Assembly: GCA_963779755.1 (NCBI GenBank)
Contig: CAVZZO010000003.1
Coordinates: forward strand, 1,664,001-1,728,000
From: an uncultured Gemmatimonadales bacterium
GTDB lineage: Bacteria > Gemmatimonadota > Gemmatimonadetes > Gemmatimonadales > GWC2-71-9
Direction of reading: 5' to 3'
Length of the DNA: 64,000 nucleotides
The notes beneath the pieces were generated by a model. It ran no database searches. It was not told the DNA's origin and worked only from the letters and a program-made list of their open reading frames with translations. A program made the translations under genes and the position numbers. Of this stretch, positions 55,577 to 64,000 are shown in pieces; within the stretch, counting starts at the first letter, position 1; each line of letters opens with the position of its first letter.

Positions 55577-58134
55577 GCCTGGTCGCCGCCATGGCCTGGC
55601 GTGAGGGACGTGCCGGCCGGCGCCAGCTGTCGCTCCTGACCGCGGCAGTCGCGGTTGGTGTCGCCGCGCTGGTCGCCATTAACTCCTTTACAGTCAACCT
55701 GCGCCGCTCGGTGGAGCGGGAGGCGCGGGCGCTGATGGGCGCGGACCTCGCCGTCATCGGGCGGAACGAGCTCCCGCCGCCGGTGCTGGCGACTCTCGAC
55801 TCCCTGGTCCGCGGGCCGGACGGCCGCCTTGCCCGGGTCACCAGCTTCAGCGGCATGGCCTACGTGCCCCGCACCCAGGGCGCCCGGCTGGTCCAGGTGG
55901 CGGCGGTGGGCGCGGGCTACCCCTTCTACGGCGAAATCCAGACCGCACCGGCGGGGGCCTGGCAGCGGCTCAGCGACTCCACCGGCTGGCCCGTACTGGT
56001 CGATCCATCGCTGCTGACCGCGCTCGACGCGCGGCCCGGCGACACACTGGCCCTGGGGAAGGGCCGGTTCGTCATCGCGGGGACGGTGCTCCGTATCCCG
56101 GGCGACGTGGGCATCCGGTCCGCGTTCGGCCCCCGGATCTTCATCCCCTACAACCGCCTCGACGCCACCGGCCTGCTTGGCTTCGGCGCGCGGGCCGAAT
56201 ATGACGCCTATCTCCAGTTGCCCGCGGGGCGCGATGCCGAGCAGGTCGCCGGGCAACTCAAGCCCAGGCTGGCGCCGGAGCGGCTGCGGGTGCGCACCGT
56301 GGCCGAGGACGAGCGCAACCTGACCGAGTCGCTGACCACGCTGTCGCGGTACCTCGGGCTGGTGGCCCTGATCGCCCTGCTGCTGGGGGGTCTGGGAGTG
56401 GCGAGCGCCATCCACGTCTTTGTCCGCCGCAAGCGCGAGACGATTGCCATCCTGCGCTGCCTCGGCGCCTCCGCCCCCCAGGTGTTCGCCATCTATCTGG
56501 TACAGGCGCTGGTCATGAGCGGGATCGGCAGCATGCTCGGCGCCGCGCTGGGTGTGCTGCTGCAGCTGCTGTTGCCCGGGCTGCTGGCCGACTTCCTGCC
56601 GGTCGACGTCGGGTTCGGCGTCGCCTGGGGCGCCGTGGCCACCGGAATCGGGATGGGACTCTGGGTGGCGGCGGTCTTTTCCCTGGCGCCGCTGCTGGCG
56701 GTGCGGCGGATCTCGCCGCTGTTCGTGCTACGGCGTCCCTGGGAAGACACCGGGCGGAGCCCGGGCCGCGACGGCTGGCGCTGGGTCGCCTGGCTGCTCC
56801 TCGCCGCCAGCGTGATGGGGCTCGCCATCCTGCAGGCGGGGGCGCTCGCGCCGGGGGCCGCCTTTGCCGCCGGTATCGGCGTCGCCCTCGGGGTACTGGC
56901 GCTGGCGGGTTATCTGCTTACCCGGGCCCTGCGCCGCTGGTTTCCCTCCCGCTGGCCCTATCTCTGGCGCCAGGGTCTGGCCAATCTCTACCGGCCCGCC
57001 AACCAGACGCTGATGGTTGTCCTGGCGCTCGGCTTCGGCGCTTTCCTGCTGGGCACCCTGGTGCTGGTGCAGGCGAATCTCCTGCGCGAGCTGCGGTTCG
57101 GCGGAGCCGGCAGCCGGCCCAATCTGGTGCTGTTCGACATTCAGCCCGATCAGCGCGCCGGCGTGGATTCGCTGCTGCGAGACGCCGGCTACCGCCCGCA
57201 ACCTGCCGTTCCCATCGTGCCCATGCGAATCGCCGAGCTGCGGGGCCGGCCGGCGAGCGCGCTCCTGGCCGATACGGTCCGGCACCGGGCGGAGGGGGAG
57301 CGGGTCTCGGGGTGGGCCGTCCGCCGGGAGTACCGTTCGACCTATCGCGATACGACGGTGGCTTCGGAGAAGATCGTTCTGGGCCGCTGGTGGAACGCCA
57401 GCGCGGGGGCACGGAGCCCGGTACCCATTTCCGTGGAATCGGGAGTGGCAGGGGACCTGGGCGTCACGGTGGGCGACACCATCCTCTGGGACGTGCAGGG
57501 TCTCCGGCTCACCACCCGGGTGGCCAACCTGCGCGATGTCGACTGGGCGCGGTTCGAGCCCAATTTCTTTGTGGTCTTCCCCGAGGGCCCGCTCGACGGA
57601 GCGCCGCAGACGCTGGTGACGATGGTGCGGGTTCCGGACGCGGCGTCCCGGGGCGCGCTGCAGCGCGAGGTGGTGGAACGCTATCCCAACGTTTCGGGTA
57701 TCGACCTCACGCAGCTGCAGGATGCGCTGGAGCGGCTGATCGACCGGGTGGTGCTGGTGGTCCGCTTCATGGCATTGTTCAGCCTGGTGACCGGGGCGGT
57801 GGTGCTGATCGGCGCGGTGGCCACCAGCCGGTTCCAGCGGGTCCGGGAGAGTGTCATCCTCAAGACCCTGGGCGCCACCCGGCGCCAGGTGCTGGGCATC
57901 GCCGCGGCGGAGTACCTGAGTCTGGGACTGCTGGCGGTGGCCACCGCGCTCGGCCTGGCCGGAATCGCGGGATGGCTCCTCGTCCGCTATCTCTTCCACG
58001 AAACCTTTCACCTCCCTCTCCCTGCCTTTCTGGCCCTGGGGGGGGCGGTCGTGCTGCTTACCGTCGCGGTGGGGTTGTGGAACAGCCGTGAGGTGGTGAG
58101 GAAGACGCCGCTGGAGGTGCTGCGGGAAGAGTAG
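55573..58134 (+). CDS. FtsX-like ABC permease (YbbP-like)
   Basis: GADL, YPFYG, AILRCLGA, R.VDW..F.PNFFVVF and ILKTLGA motifs. Confidence 0.88.
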   Translation: MSLVAAMAWREGRAGRRQLSLLTAAVAVGVAALVAINSFTVNLRRSVEREARALMGADLAVIGRNELPPPVLATLDSLVRGPDGRLARVTSFSGMAYVPRTQGARLVQVAAVGAGYPFYGEIQTAPAGAWQRLSDSTGWPVLVDPSLLTALDARPGDTLALGKGRFVIAGTVLRIPGDVGIRSAFGPRIFIPYNRLDATGLLGFGARAEYDAYLQLPAGRDAEQVAGQLKPRLAPERLRVRTVAEDERNLTESLTTLSRYLGLVALIALLLGGLGVASAIHVFVRRKRETIAILRCLGASAPQVFAIYLVQALVMSGIGSMLGAALGVLLQLLLPGLLADFLPVDVGFGVAWGAVATGIGMGLWVAAVFSLAPLLAVRRISPLFVLRRPWEDTGRSPGRDGWRWVAWLLLAASVMGLAILQAGALAPGAAFAAGIGVALGVLALAGYLLTRALRRWFPSRWPYLWRQGLANLYRPANQTLMVVLALGFGAFLLGTLVLVQANLLRELRFGGAGSRPNLVLFDIQPDQRAGVDSLLRDAGYRPQPAVPIVPMRIAELRGRPASALLADTVRHRAEGERVSGWAVRREYRSTYRDTTVASEKIVLGRWWNASAGARSPVPISVESGVAGDLGVTVGDTILWDVQGLRLTTRVANLRDVDWARFEPNFFVVFPEGPLDGAPQTLVTMVRVPDAASRGALQREVVERYPNVSGIDLTQLQDALERLIDRVVLVVRFMALFSLVTGAVVLIGAVATSRFQRVRESVILKTLGATRRQVLGIAAAEYLSLGLLAVATALGLAGIAGWLLVRYLFHETFHLPLPAFLALGGAVVLLTVAVGLWNSREVVRKTPLEVLREE

Positions 58135-58341
58135 AGAAAAGGGAAAAGGGAAAAGGGAACAGGGAAAAGGACACTGAGGACTGAGGCGCCCAGCCCCTGG
58201 ACGACCTGCGAGCCTCCGGCGCCATCGGATGAGCGTAACCGGACGTCAGCCTTTTCTCTCAGTCCTTCTCGTCCCGGTCCTTTTCTCTTTTTTCCATAGT
58301 GGTATAGTATTCGGTCCTCACCCGCAAGAAGGGTCGGTTCC

Positions 58342-59253
58342 ATGCTCGCCATTGATCTCACGGGGAAGCGCGCGCTCATTGCCGGTGTGTCGGATGACGG
58401 CGGCTTCGGGTTTGCCATTGCCAAGGCGCTCACCGAGGCGGGGGCGCGGGTCAGCGTGGCGAGCTGGCCGCCGGCGCTGGGCATCTTCCTCAAGCTGCTG
58501 GAGCGCGGCAAGATGGCGGAATCGCTCCGGCTCAGCGACGGCGGCCGAATGGAGTTCGAGCACATCTATCCGCTCGACGCGGAGTACGACACGCTGAACG
58601 ACGCCCCGCCGGAGGTCCGCGAGAACAAGCGCTACAAGGATGTGGGCGACTTCAGCATTCAGGGCCTGGTCAATCGCTGGCGCGAGGACGTGGGCGAGGG
58701 AGAGCTGGACATCGTGGTGCATAGCCTGGCGAATGGACCAGAGGTCAAGAAGCCGCTCATCGATACCAGCCGCCGCGGTTATCTCGCCGCGGTCAGCGTC
58801 AGCGCCTACAGTAACGTGGCGCTGGTGCGGGAGCTGAGCCCCCTCATGCGCCCCGGCGGGTCCTTCCTGTCGCTCACCTACATGGCGAGCGAGCGGGTGA
58901 TCCCCGGCTACGGCGGCGGCATGTCCACCGCCAAGGCCGCGCTGGAGTCCGACACCCGGACGCTGGCCTTCGAGGCAGGACGCCGCCACGGCGTGCGGGT
59001 GAACGCCATTTCGGCCGGCCCCTGGGCTTCCCGCGCGGCCAGCGCCATCGGTTTCATCGACACCATGATCAACTACTGCCGGGCGAACTCTCCGCTGCAA
59101 CGGGATCTCGATTCCATGGATGTCGGCGCCACCGCGGCCTTCCTCTGCAGCCCCCTGGCGCAGGCGATCACCGGCACGGTGGTCTACGTGGATAACGGCT
59201 ATCACAGCATGGGGATGGCGGTACAGGACAACGAGAAGAGGACTGAGGACTGA
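58342..59253 (+). CDS. fabI: Enoyl-ACP reductase, plant/Chlamydia-type
   Basis: IDLTGKRALIAGV.DD.GFG, WPPAL.IF, IYPLDA, NKRY, HSLANGPEV and PGYGGGMS.AKAALESDTR motifs. Confidence 0.9.
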   Translation: MLAIDLTGKRALIAGVSDDGGFGFAIAKALTEAGARVSVASWPPALGIFLKLLERGKMAESLRLSDGGRMEFEHIYPLDAEYDTLNDAPPEVRENKRYKDVGDFSIQGLVNRWREDVGEGELDIVVHSLANGPEVKKPLIDTSRRGYLAAVSVSAYSNVALVRELSPLMRPGGSFLSLTYMASERVIPGYGGGMSTAKAALESDTRTLAFEAGRRHGVRVNAISAGPWASRAASAIGFIDTMINYCRANSPLQRDLDSMDVGATAAFLCSPLAQAITGTVVYVDNGYHSMGMAVQDNEKRTED

Positions 59254-59358
59254 AGATTGAGTGCAAAGGTGCAAGCGGCGCGAAGGTGGCGGACCCGAAG
59301 CCTGGATAGACGCAGCGTACCGCCGTACCGCCGTACCGCCCCCACCACGGAGCGTGTG

Positions 59359-60165
59359 ATGGCTGAGCTATCAGTCTTCCGCCAGGATCTCCTCAAGGGC
59401 CACGCCGCCCTCATCACCGGCGGCGGCACGGGCATCGGGTTCGGCATCGCCGACTGTCTGGCGCGCGTGGGCTGCGATATTGCCATCGCGAGCCGGAAGC
59501 CGGAGCACCTGGCGCCCGCGGCCGAGCGTCTGCGCGCCCACGGCGGCCGGGTCGCCACGGTGGCGATCAACGTGCGGGAGAAGGAGTCGGTGGAGCGCGG
59601 GGTCGCCGAGGCGGCGGAAGCCCTGGGCCGGCTGGACCTGCTGGTGAACAACGCCGCGGGAAACTTCTACGCCCCCTCCGCCACACTGAGCTCCAACGCC
59701 TGGAAGTCGGTGGTCGAGACCGATCTGTACGGGACGTTCTTCTGCGCCCAGGCCGTCTACCCCCTCATGAAGGGCCAGGGCGGCGGACGTATCGTGTCCA
59801 TCTCCATGACCCTGCACTACCGGGGCTGGCCCCTCATGGCCCACGCCACGGCGGCCAAGGCGGGCGTGGATGCGCTTACCCGGACCCTGGCCCTGGAATG
59901 GGCGCCCGACGGCATCCGGGTGAACGCCATCGCACCCGGCCCCATCCCGACCGAGGGGGTACGCAAGGCCTTCACGCCGGTGCCGGGATCTCCCGACGTC
60001 TTCTCCGAAGAACGGGCGCAGGCCATGATCCCGGCGGGCCGCTGGGGCCGTCCGGATGACATCGGCGAGATGGTCACCTATCTCGCGAGTCCCGCCGGAG
60101 ACTGGATTACCGGCGCGATCTTCGTGGTAGACGGCGGCAGCTGGCTGGCGGGGAGAGAGCGGTGA
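59359..60165 (+). CDS. SDR, 2,4-dienoyl-CoA reductase-like
   Basis: TGGGTGIG, NNAAGNF, LSSNAWKSVV..DL.GTF and HATAAKAGV motifs. Confidence 0.8.
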   Translation: MAELSVFRQDLLKGHAALITGGGTGIGFGIADCLARVGCDIAIASRKPEHLAPAAERLRAHGGRVATVAINVREKESVERGVAEAAEALGRLDLLVNNAAGNFYAPSATLSSNAWKSVVETDLYGTFFCAQAVYPLMKGQGGGRIVSISMTLHYRGWPLMAHATAAKAGVDALTRTLALEWAPDGIRVNAIAPGPIPTEGVRKAFTPVPGSPDVFSEERAQAMIPAGRWGRPDDIGEMVTYLASPAGDWITGAIFVVDGGSWLAGRER

Positions 60166-60192
60166 AAGAGAAAAAGACTGAGGACTGAGCCC

Positions 60193-60867
60193 ATGTTCAT
60201 CGGCCATTTTGGTGCCGCCTTCGCCCTCAAGCGTGCCGAGCGCCGGCCCTCCCTCGCCGTGCTGGTGTTCGCGGCCACCTTCGTGGACCTGCTCTGGGGC
60301 ATCTTCCTGCTGCTGGGCTGGGAACGGGCCCGGATCCAACCCGGGTATCTCCCCACCAATGCCCTGGTCTTCACCAGCTACCCCTACTCGCACAGCCTGG
60401 TCGCGGGGATCGGCTGGGGTCTGGTGCTGGCGGCGGTCTATTACTCCTGGCCGACGCGCGACACCAGCGGCCACCGCTGGCGGGCTGCGCTAGTGGTGGG
60501 GTTCGCCGTACTGTCGCACTGGTTTCTGGACCTGATCGTCCATGTACCGGACCTGCCCCTTTCGGGCGATGCGTCGCTCAAGGTGGGCCTGGGCCTGTGG
60601 CGCAGCGTGCCCGCCGGCATCGCCGCCGAGCTGGCGGTGTTCCTGGGCGGCCTGGTGGTGTACTTCGCCTTCTCCCGCCGGGGCCGGACCGGGCCTACCT
60701 GGCGCATCCTGACCTATGCCGGCCTGCTGCTGGGCATCTACGCCGTCTCTCTCATGGGAGGCGCGCCACCCGGCATCAGGGCGGTGGCGTGGGTGGATAT
60801 CGTGGGAACGCTGGTTTTTGTGGCACTGGCGGCGTGGGCGGAGCCCAGAAGGAAGAGGAAAGGATAA
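60193..60867 (+). CDS. Membrane-bound metal-dependent hydrolase-like protein
   Basis: MFIGH, D.LW, YSHSL and SHWFLD..VH.PDLP motifs. Confidence 0.75.
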   Translation: MFIGHFGAAFALKRAERRPSLAVLVFAATFVDLLWGIFLLLGWERARIQPGYLPTNALVFTSYPYSHSLVAGIGWGLVLAAVYYSWPTRDTSGHRWRAALVVGFAVLSHWFLDLIVHVPDLPLSGDASLKVGLGLWRSVPAGIAAELAVFLGGLVVYFAFSRRGRTGPTWRILTYAGLLLGIYAVSLMGGAPPGIRAVAWVDIVGTLVFVALAAWAEPRRKRKG

Positions 60868-60956
60868 AGACTGAGGACTGAGTTCGGGGCATGGTCATTA
60901 TAATTGACCATTCCTCCAGCTCAGTCCTCAGCCTTTTTCTCTTTTCTCTCGGATAT

Positions 60957-61325
60957 ATGGACCGCACCTTCACCTTCCTGGGAGCCGTATTCGCCTTCCT
61001 CGCCGTCGCCGCCGGGGCGTTCGGCGCGCACGCCCTGCGAGGCCGGCTCTCGCCCGAGAGCCTGGCCATCTTCGAAACCGGCGCCCGCTACCAGATGTAC
61101 CATGCGCTGGCCCTGCTGGGGGTCGCCTGGGTTACGACCCGCTGGGCCGGCTCTCTGGGGCACTGGGCCGGCTGGCTTTTCGTGGCGGGGATCATGCTCT
61201 TCTCGGGGAGTCTCTATATCCTGGCGCTCACCGGGACGCGCTGGTGGGGAGCGGTGACCCCCCTGGGCGGCGTGGCGTTTCTGGTGGGGTGGGTGTGCCT
61301 GGGGGTTGAGGTGTTGAGACGGTAA
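60957..61325 (+). CDS. DUF423 (YgdD/TMEM256) membrane protein
   Basis: GAFGAH, YQMYHALAL, FSGSLY and TPLGG motifs. Confidence 0.9.
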   Translation: MDRTFTFLGAVFAFLAVAAGAFGAHALRGRLSPESLAIFETGARYQMYHALALLGVAWVTTRWAGSLGHWAGWLFVAGIMLFSGSLYILALTGTRWWGAVTPLGGVAFLVGWVCLGVEVLRR

Positions 61326-61420
61326 ACGGTGAGCGGTGAGCGGGTCCACGCGATTCGCTCCGGGCTCGGGCCGCTTAGCTTACCGCTTACCGCTTACCGC
61401 TTACCGCTTACCGCTTACCG
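61319..61420. repeat. Heptamer inverted-arm element (CGGTAA/CGGTGAG and TTACCGC x6) between convergent genes
   Basis: Both flanking stop codons lie within the arms. Confidence 0.85.
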
Positions 61421-62287
61421 TACTGAAGCTATCCCCGGCTGCGTCGCTGCCCGCCTCGCCTCCGCCTCCAACCGATCGGTCTCCGCCTCGCGTCGGGCCC
61501 ACTGGAAGAATACCACCGCGATCGCCGCCCCCATGTAGAGGCCCCCGGGCACCCACATCAGCAGCCCGCCCCACTGCTGGTCCTGCAGCGCGGTGAGCCC
61601 CCAGGTGCGCGGCGCTTCGGCGTAGAAGTGATAGAGCACCGTGTCGGCCAGGGTGATGGGCGCGGCCACCGCCTGCATGGGAATCCCCACCAGGAAGAGG
61701 TAGAGCATGCGCAGGCCGTAGGGCAGCGGCGGCACCTCGGGCGAGCGGCTCATCACGGGCCACCACATGAGCACCGCCGTCCCCATGAACATCAGGTGGG
61801 ACACGATGTGCATGTCGTGGTTGGTCATCATCACCCCGTAGAGGGCCGGGACGTGCCAGGCCACCAGCACCAGGGCGAAGAGCAGGCCCGCCGCCACCGG
61901 ATGGGTCAGCACCCGGGCAACCAGCCGGACGCGGGGGCGCCGGAAGAAGGGGGTGAGCAGCCAGCCGGGGAGCCCGGCCAGCAGCAACGGCGGCCAGACC
62001 AGCTGCAGCAGCAGGTGTTGCAGCATGTGGGCACTGAAGAGGTAGCCGTCGCTCAGATCGTGCAGCGGTCCGTTCAACACGCCCAGCAGCACCAGCAGGG
62101 ACAGGCAGAAGGACGCGACCCGCCAGGGAGACGCGGGCGGCCCCAGGCGGTGGCGCCGGCGCCAGGGGCCGAGGCCGTAGAAGTAGAGGGCCGCCAGGAC
62201 GGCGGCTCCGATCAGTACGGAGGGGTGGAGCGACCAGGCGGCGGTGAAGGGGCCGTCGGGGACCGGCTGGTGCAGCAGAAACAACAC
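61415..62287 (-). CDS. ctaG: Cytochrome c oxidase assembly factor CtaG (caa3-type)
   Basis: YLFSAHMLQHLLL, WHVPALY and DQQWGGLLMWVPG motifs. Confidence 0.88.
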   Translation of the reverse strand: MLFLLHQPVPDGPFTAAWSLHPSVLIGAAVLAALYFYGLGPWRRRHRLGPPASPWRVASFCLSLLVLLGVLNGPLHDLSDGYLFSAHMLQHLLLQLVWPPLLLAGLPGWLLTPFFRRPRVRLVARVLTHPVAAGLLFALVLVAWHVPALYGVMMTNHDMHIVSHLMFMGTAVLMWWPVMSRSPEVPPLPYGLRMLYLFLVGIPMQAVAAPITLADTVLYHFYAEAPRTWGLTALQDQQWGGLLMWVPGGLYMGAAIAVVFFQWARREAETDRLEAEARRAATQPGIASVR

Positions 62288-62297
62288 CGGCGGAGCC

Positions 62298-62618
62298 TCA
62301 GGACGGCAACTGCATCAGGTGCGCCACGCTGAAGAGCGCGATCAGCGCCACGATGATGGTCGCCGCGATGATGATGGGAAACACGAACAGCCCGCTGAAC
62401 AGCTTCGAATCCTGCTTCAGGTGCATGTAGTAGCCCGCCACCAGGGCGAATTTGACCGCCATCAGCACCAGCAGGATGGGTACGAGGTAGTGGCGGACGG
62501 ACTCGACGTAGTAGACCGCGACTTCCAGGGCGGTCAGGATGACCAGGGTGACCGCGACCTTGGTGTAGGTACCCGGGGTCGGGTGGGCGTGCTCGTGGGT
62601 AGTTGCGTGCGCTTCCAT
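62298..62618 (-). CDS. ctaF: Cytochrome c oxidase subunit IV
   Basis: Y..VA..L..LT.LEV..KF.LV..YYMHLK.D. Confidence 0.85.
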   Translation of the reverse strand: MEAHATTHEHAHPTPGTYTKVAVTLVILTALEVAVYYVESVRHYLVPILLVLMAVKFALVAGYYMHLKQDSKLFSGLFVFPIIIAATIIVALIALFSVAHLMQLPS

Positions 62619-62629
62619 GGCCCCGGTCC

Positions 62630-63262
62630 TCATTTGATCAGATAGATGACGGTGAAGATCACGATCCAGATCACGTCCACGAAGTGCCAGTAGAGCGCGG
62701 CGATCTCCAGGTTGAGCGCCTTCTCCGGCGGCAGCTTGCCCCGGATGGCCGTCACCAGCACCGTCCCCAGCCAGATGAGCCCCACGGTGACGTGGCCGCC
62801 GTGGAAGCCGGTGAGGGTGAAGAAGGTGGTGCCGAAGACGTTGCGCTGGAGCGTGAGCCCCTCGTGCACGAAGCTGGTAAACTCGTAGACCTGGCCGCCC
62901 AGGAAGATCAGCCCGCCCAGCATGGTGAGCGACAGCCAGCCGATCAGCATCCGCCGATTGCCGCGCTGCGCCCCGTAGAGGGCCAGCACCACCGCAAAGG
63001 AGCTCATCAGCAGCACGAAGGTGCTGATGGAGGTGAAGGGGATGTTGAGAATCGCCTTGTAATGCTCGCCCGTGGTCGGGTCCACCCAGGGGGTATGGGG
63101 GAACGGCCCGACCACGCTCCGCCCCTTGTAGACCATATAGGCGGAGATGAGCGAGGCGAAGAACATGCACTCCGAGCCGATGAAGGTCCAGATGGCCAGC
63201 TTGCGGCTGTCCAGGCCGGTGGTCGTCTCGTGCGTCATCGTGGTCGCGGCAGCGTGAGCCAC
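62630..63262 (-). CDS. ctaE: Cytochrome c oxidase subunit III
   Basis: SECMFF, TGFHG.HV and LYWHFVDVIW motifs. Confidence 0.93.
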   Translation of the reverse strand: MAHAAATTMTHETTTGLDSRKLAIWTFIGSECMFFASLISAYMVYKGRSVVGPFPHTPWVDPTTGEHYKAILNIPFTSISTFVLLMSSFAVVLALYGAQRGNRRMLIGWLSLTMLGGLIFLGGQVYEFTSFVHEGLTLQRNVFGTTFFTLTGFHGGHVTVGLIWLGTVLVTAIRGKLPPEKALNLEIAALYWHFVDVIWIVIFTVIYLIK

Positions 63263-63285
63263 TGTGGCGTGTCCTCGGGTTGAGA

Positions 63286-64000
63286 TCAGCCCGCCGGCTC
63301 GAAGGCCCAGCGGAAGATGCCGGTAAACAGGATGATCGCACCGGCGATATTGACCACGAAATTCGTGATGGTGTACGGATGGTGCACCATGAAGCCGGTG
63401 AGCAGCGTCGCCACGCCGACCGCCGCTACCAGCGGCCAGTACGACGGGTTAGGCATGTGGATGCCCGCGCCGCTCACCCGGGCCGGCTCGGGGAGCATCC
63501 CGCCCTTTTGCCGCTTCTCTTCCCAGAGCGGATCACGCGAGGTGACCGACGGGATGGCGGCGAAGTTGAATTCCTGCGGCGGCGAGGGAATGGACCACTC
63601 GAGGGTGGCGCCGTTCCAGGGGTCGGCCGGGGCGGCGGGGCCGCGGCGGCTCTTCCAGATATTATAGATGAACACCAGCTGCGACAGCGCCAGGATGAAG
63701 GCGCCGATGGTCTCCATCTGGTTCCAGAACTCGAAGCCCAGCCCGGCGGGGTAGGTGTAGACCCGCCGGGGCATGCCGTTGAGCCCCAGGAAGTGCATGG
63801 GGAAGAAGGTCAGGTTGAACCCGATCAGCATGAGCCAGAAGTGCAGCTTGCCGAGCCCTTCGTTCAGCATCTTGCCGAACATCTTGGGGAACCAGTAGTA
63901 GGCCCCGCCGGTGAGGGCAAAGATAGCGCCGCCGAACAGCACGTAGTGGAAGTGCGCCACCACGAAATAGGTGTCGGTCTGCTGCAGGTCGGCCGGGGGG
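63286..64000 (-). CDS. ctaD: Cytochrome c oxidase subunit I, 3' part
   Basis: DTYFVVAHFHYV, GMPRR and TLEW..SPP..NF motifs. Confidence 0.95.
   Translation of the reverse strand, partial: PPADLQQTDTYFVVAHFHYVLFGGAIFALTGGAYYWFPKMFGKMLNEGLGKLHFWLMLIGFNLTFFPMHFLGLNGMPRRVYTYPAGLGFEFWNQMETIGAFILALSQLVFIYNIWKSRRGPAAPADPWNGATLEWSIPSPPQEFNFAAIPSVTSRDPLWEEKRQKGGMLPEPARVSGAGIHMPNPSYWPLVAAVGVATLLTGFMVHHPYTITNFVVNIAGAIILFTGIFRWAFEPAG

Overview
High-GC bacterial window with no rRNA, tRNA, CRISPR or transposase. The membrane Ser/Thr kinase, beta-propeller lipoprotein, DUF5916-like and DUF4097-like proteins suggest Gemmatimonadota (inference). All family calls come from reading motifs, not from database searches. 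From left to right: (1) start of an arginine operon (argG, a DUF1611-like P-loop gene, argC) with an ARG-box-like palindrome; (2) rmuC and two outer-membrane proteins; (3) a ~10.5 kb minus-strand operon encoding a TetR regulator, an apparently complete class I benzoyl-CoA dearomatisation module (oah, SDR, dch, bcrC, bcrB, two short ATP-activator subunits, a small CxxC protein, had), a hemerythrin-like protein and a tryptophanase-type lyase; (4) OmpA/TSP3 protein, EamA/Lrp, APC and AI-2E transporters, a 264-bp tandem duplication, a secreted orphan and a kinase; (5) an envelope-stress block of two paralogous ECF sigma/ZAS anti-sigma/DUF4097 operons around a YtrA-type GntR/ABC operon; (6) two hybrid histidine kinases, a TetR-ybhGFSR-like efflux operon, osmC, a Fet4-like gene, an amino acid dehydrogenase, tesA (apparently frameshifted)/ybbAP, a plant/Chlamydia-type fabI and the 3' end of a caa3-type oxidase operon. 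Best candidates for new biology: the hybrid-architecture benzoyl-CoA reductase operon tied to tryptophanase and hemerythrin; the DUF1611-like gene as a possible non-canonical N-acetylglutamate synthase; a pervasive family of short-tandem-repeat inverted-arm intergenic elements that supply stop codons; a candidate ECF promoter motif; and frequent leaderless gene starts.
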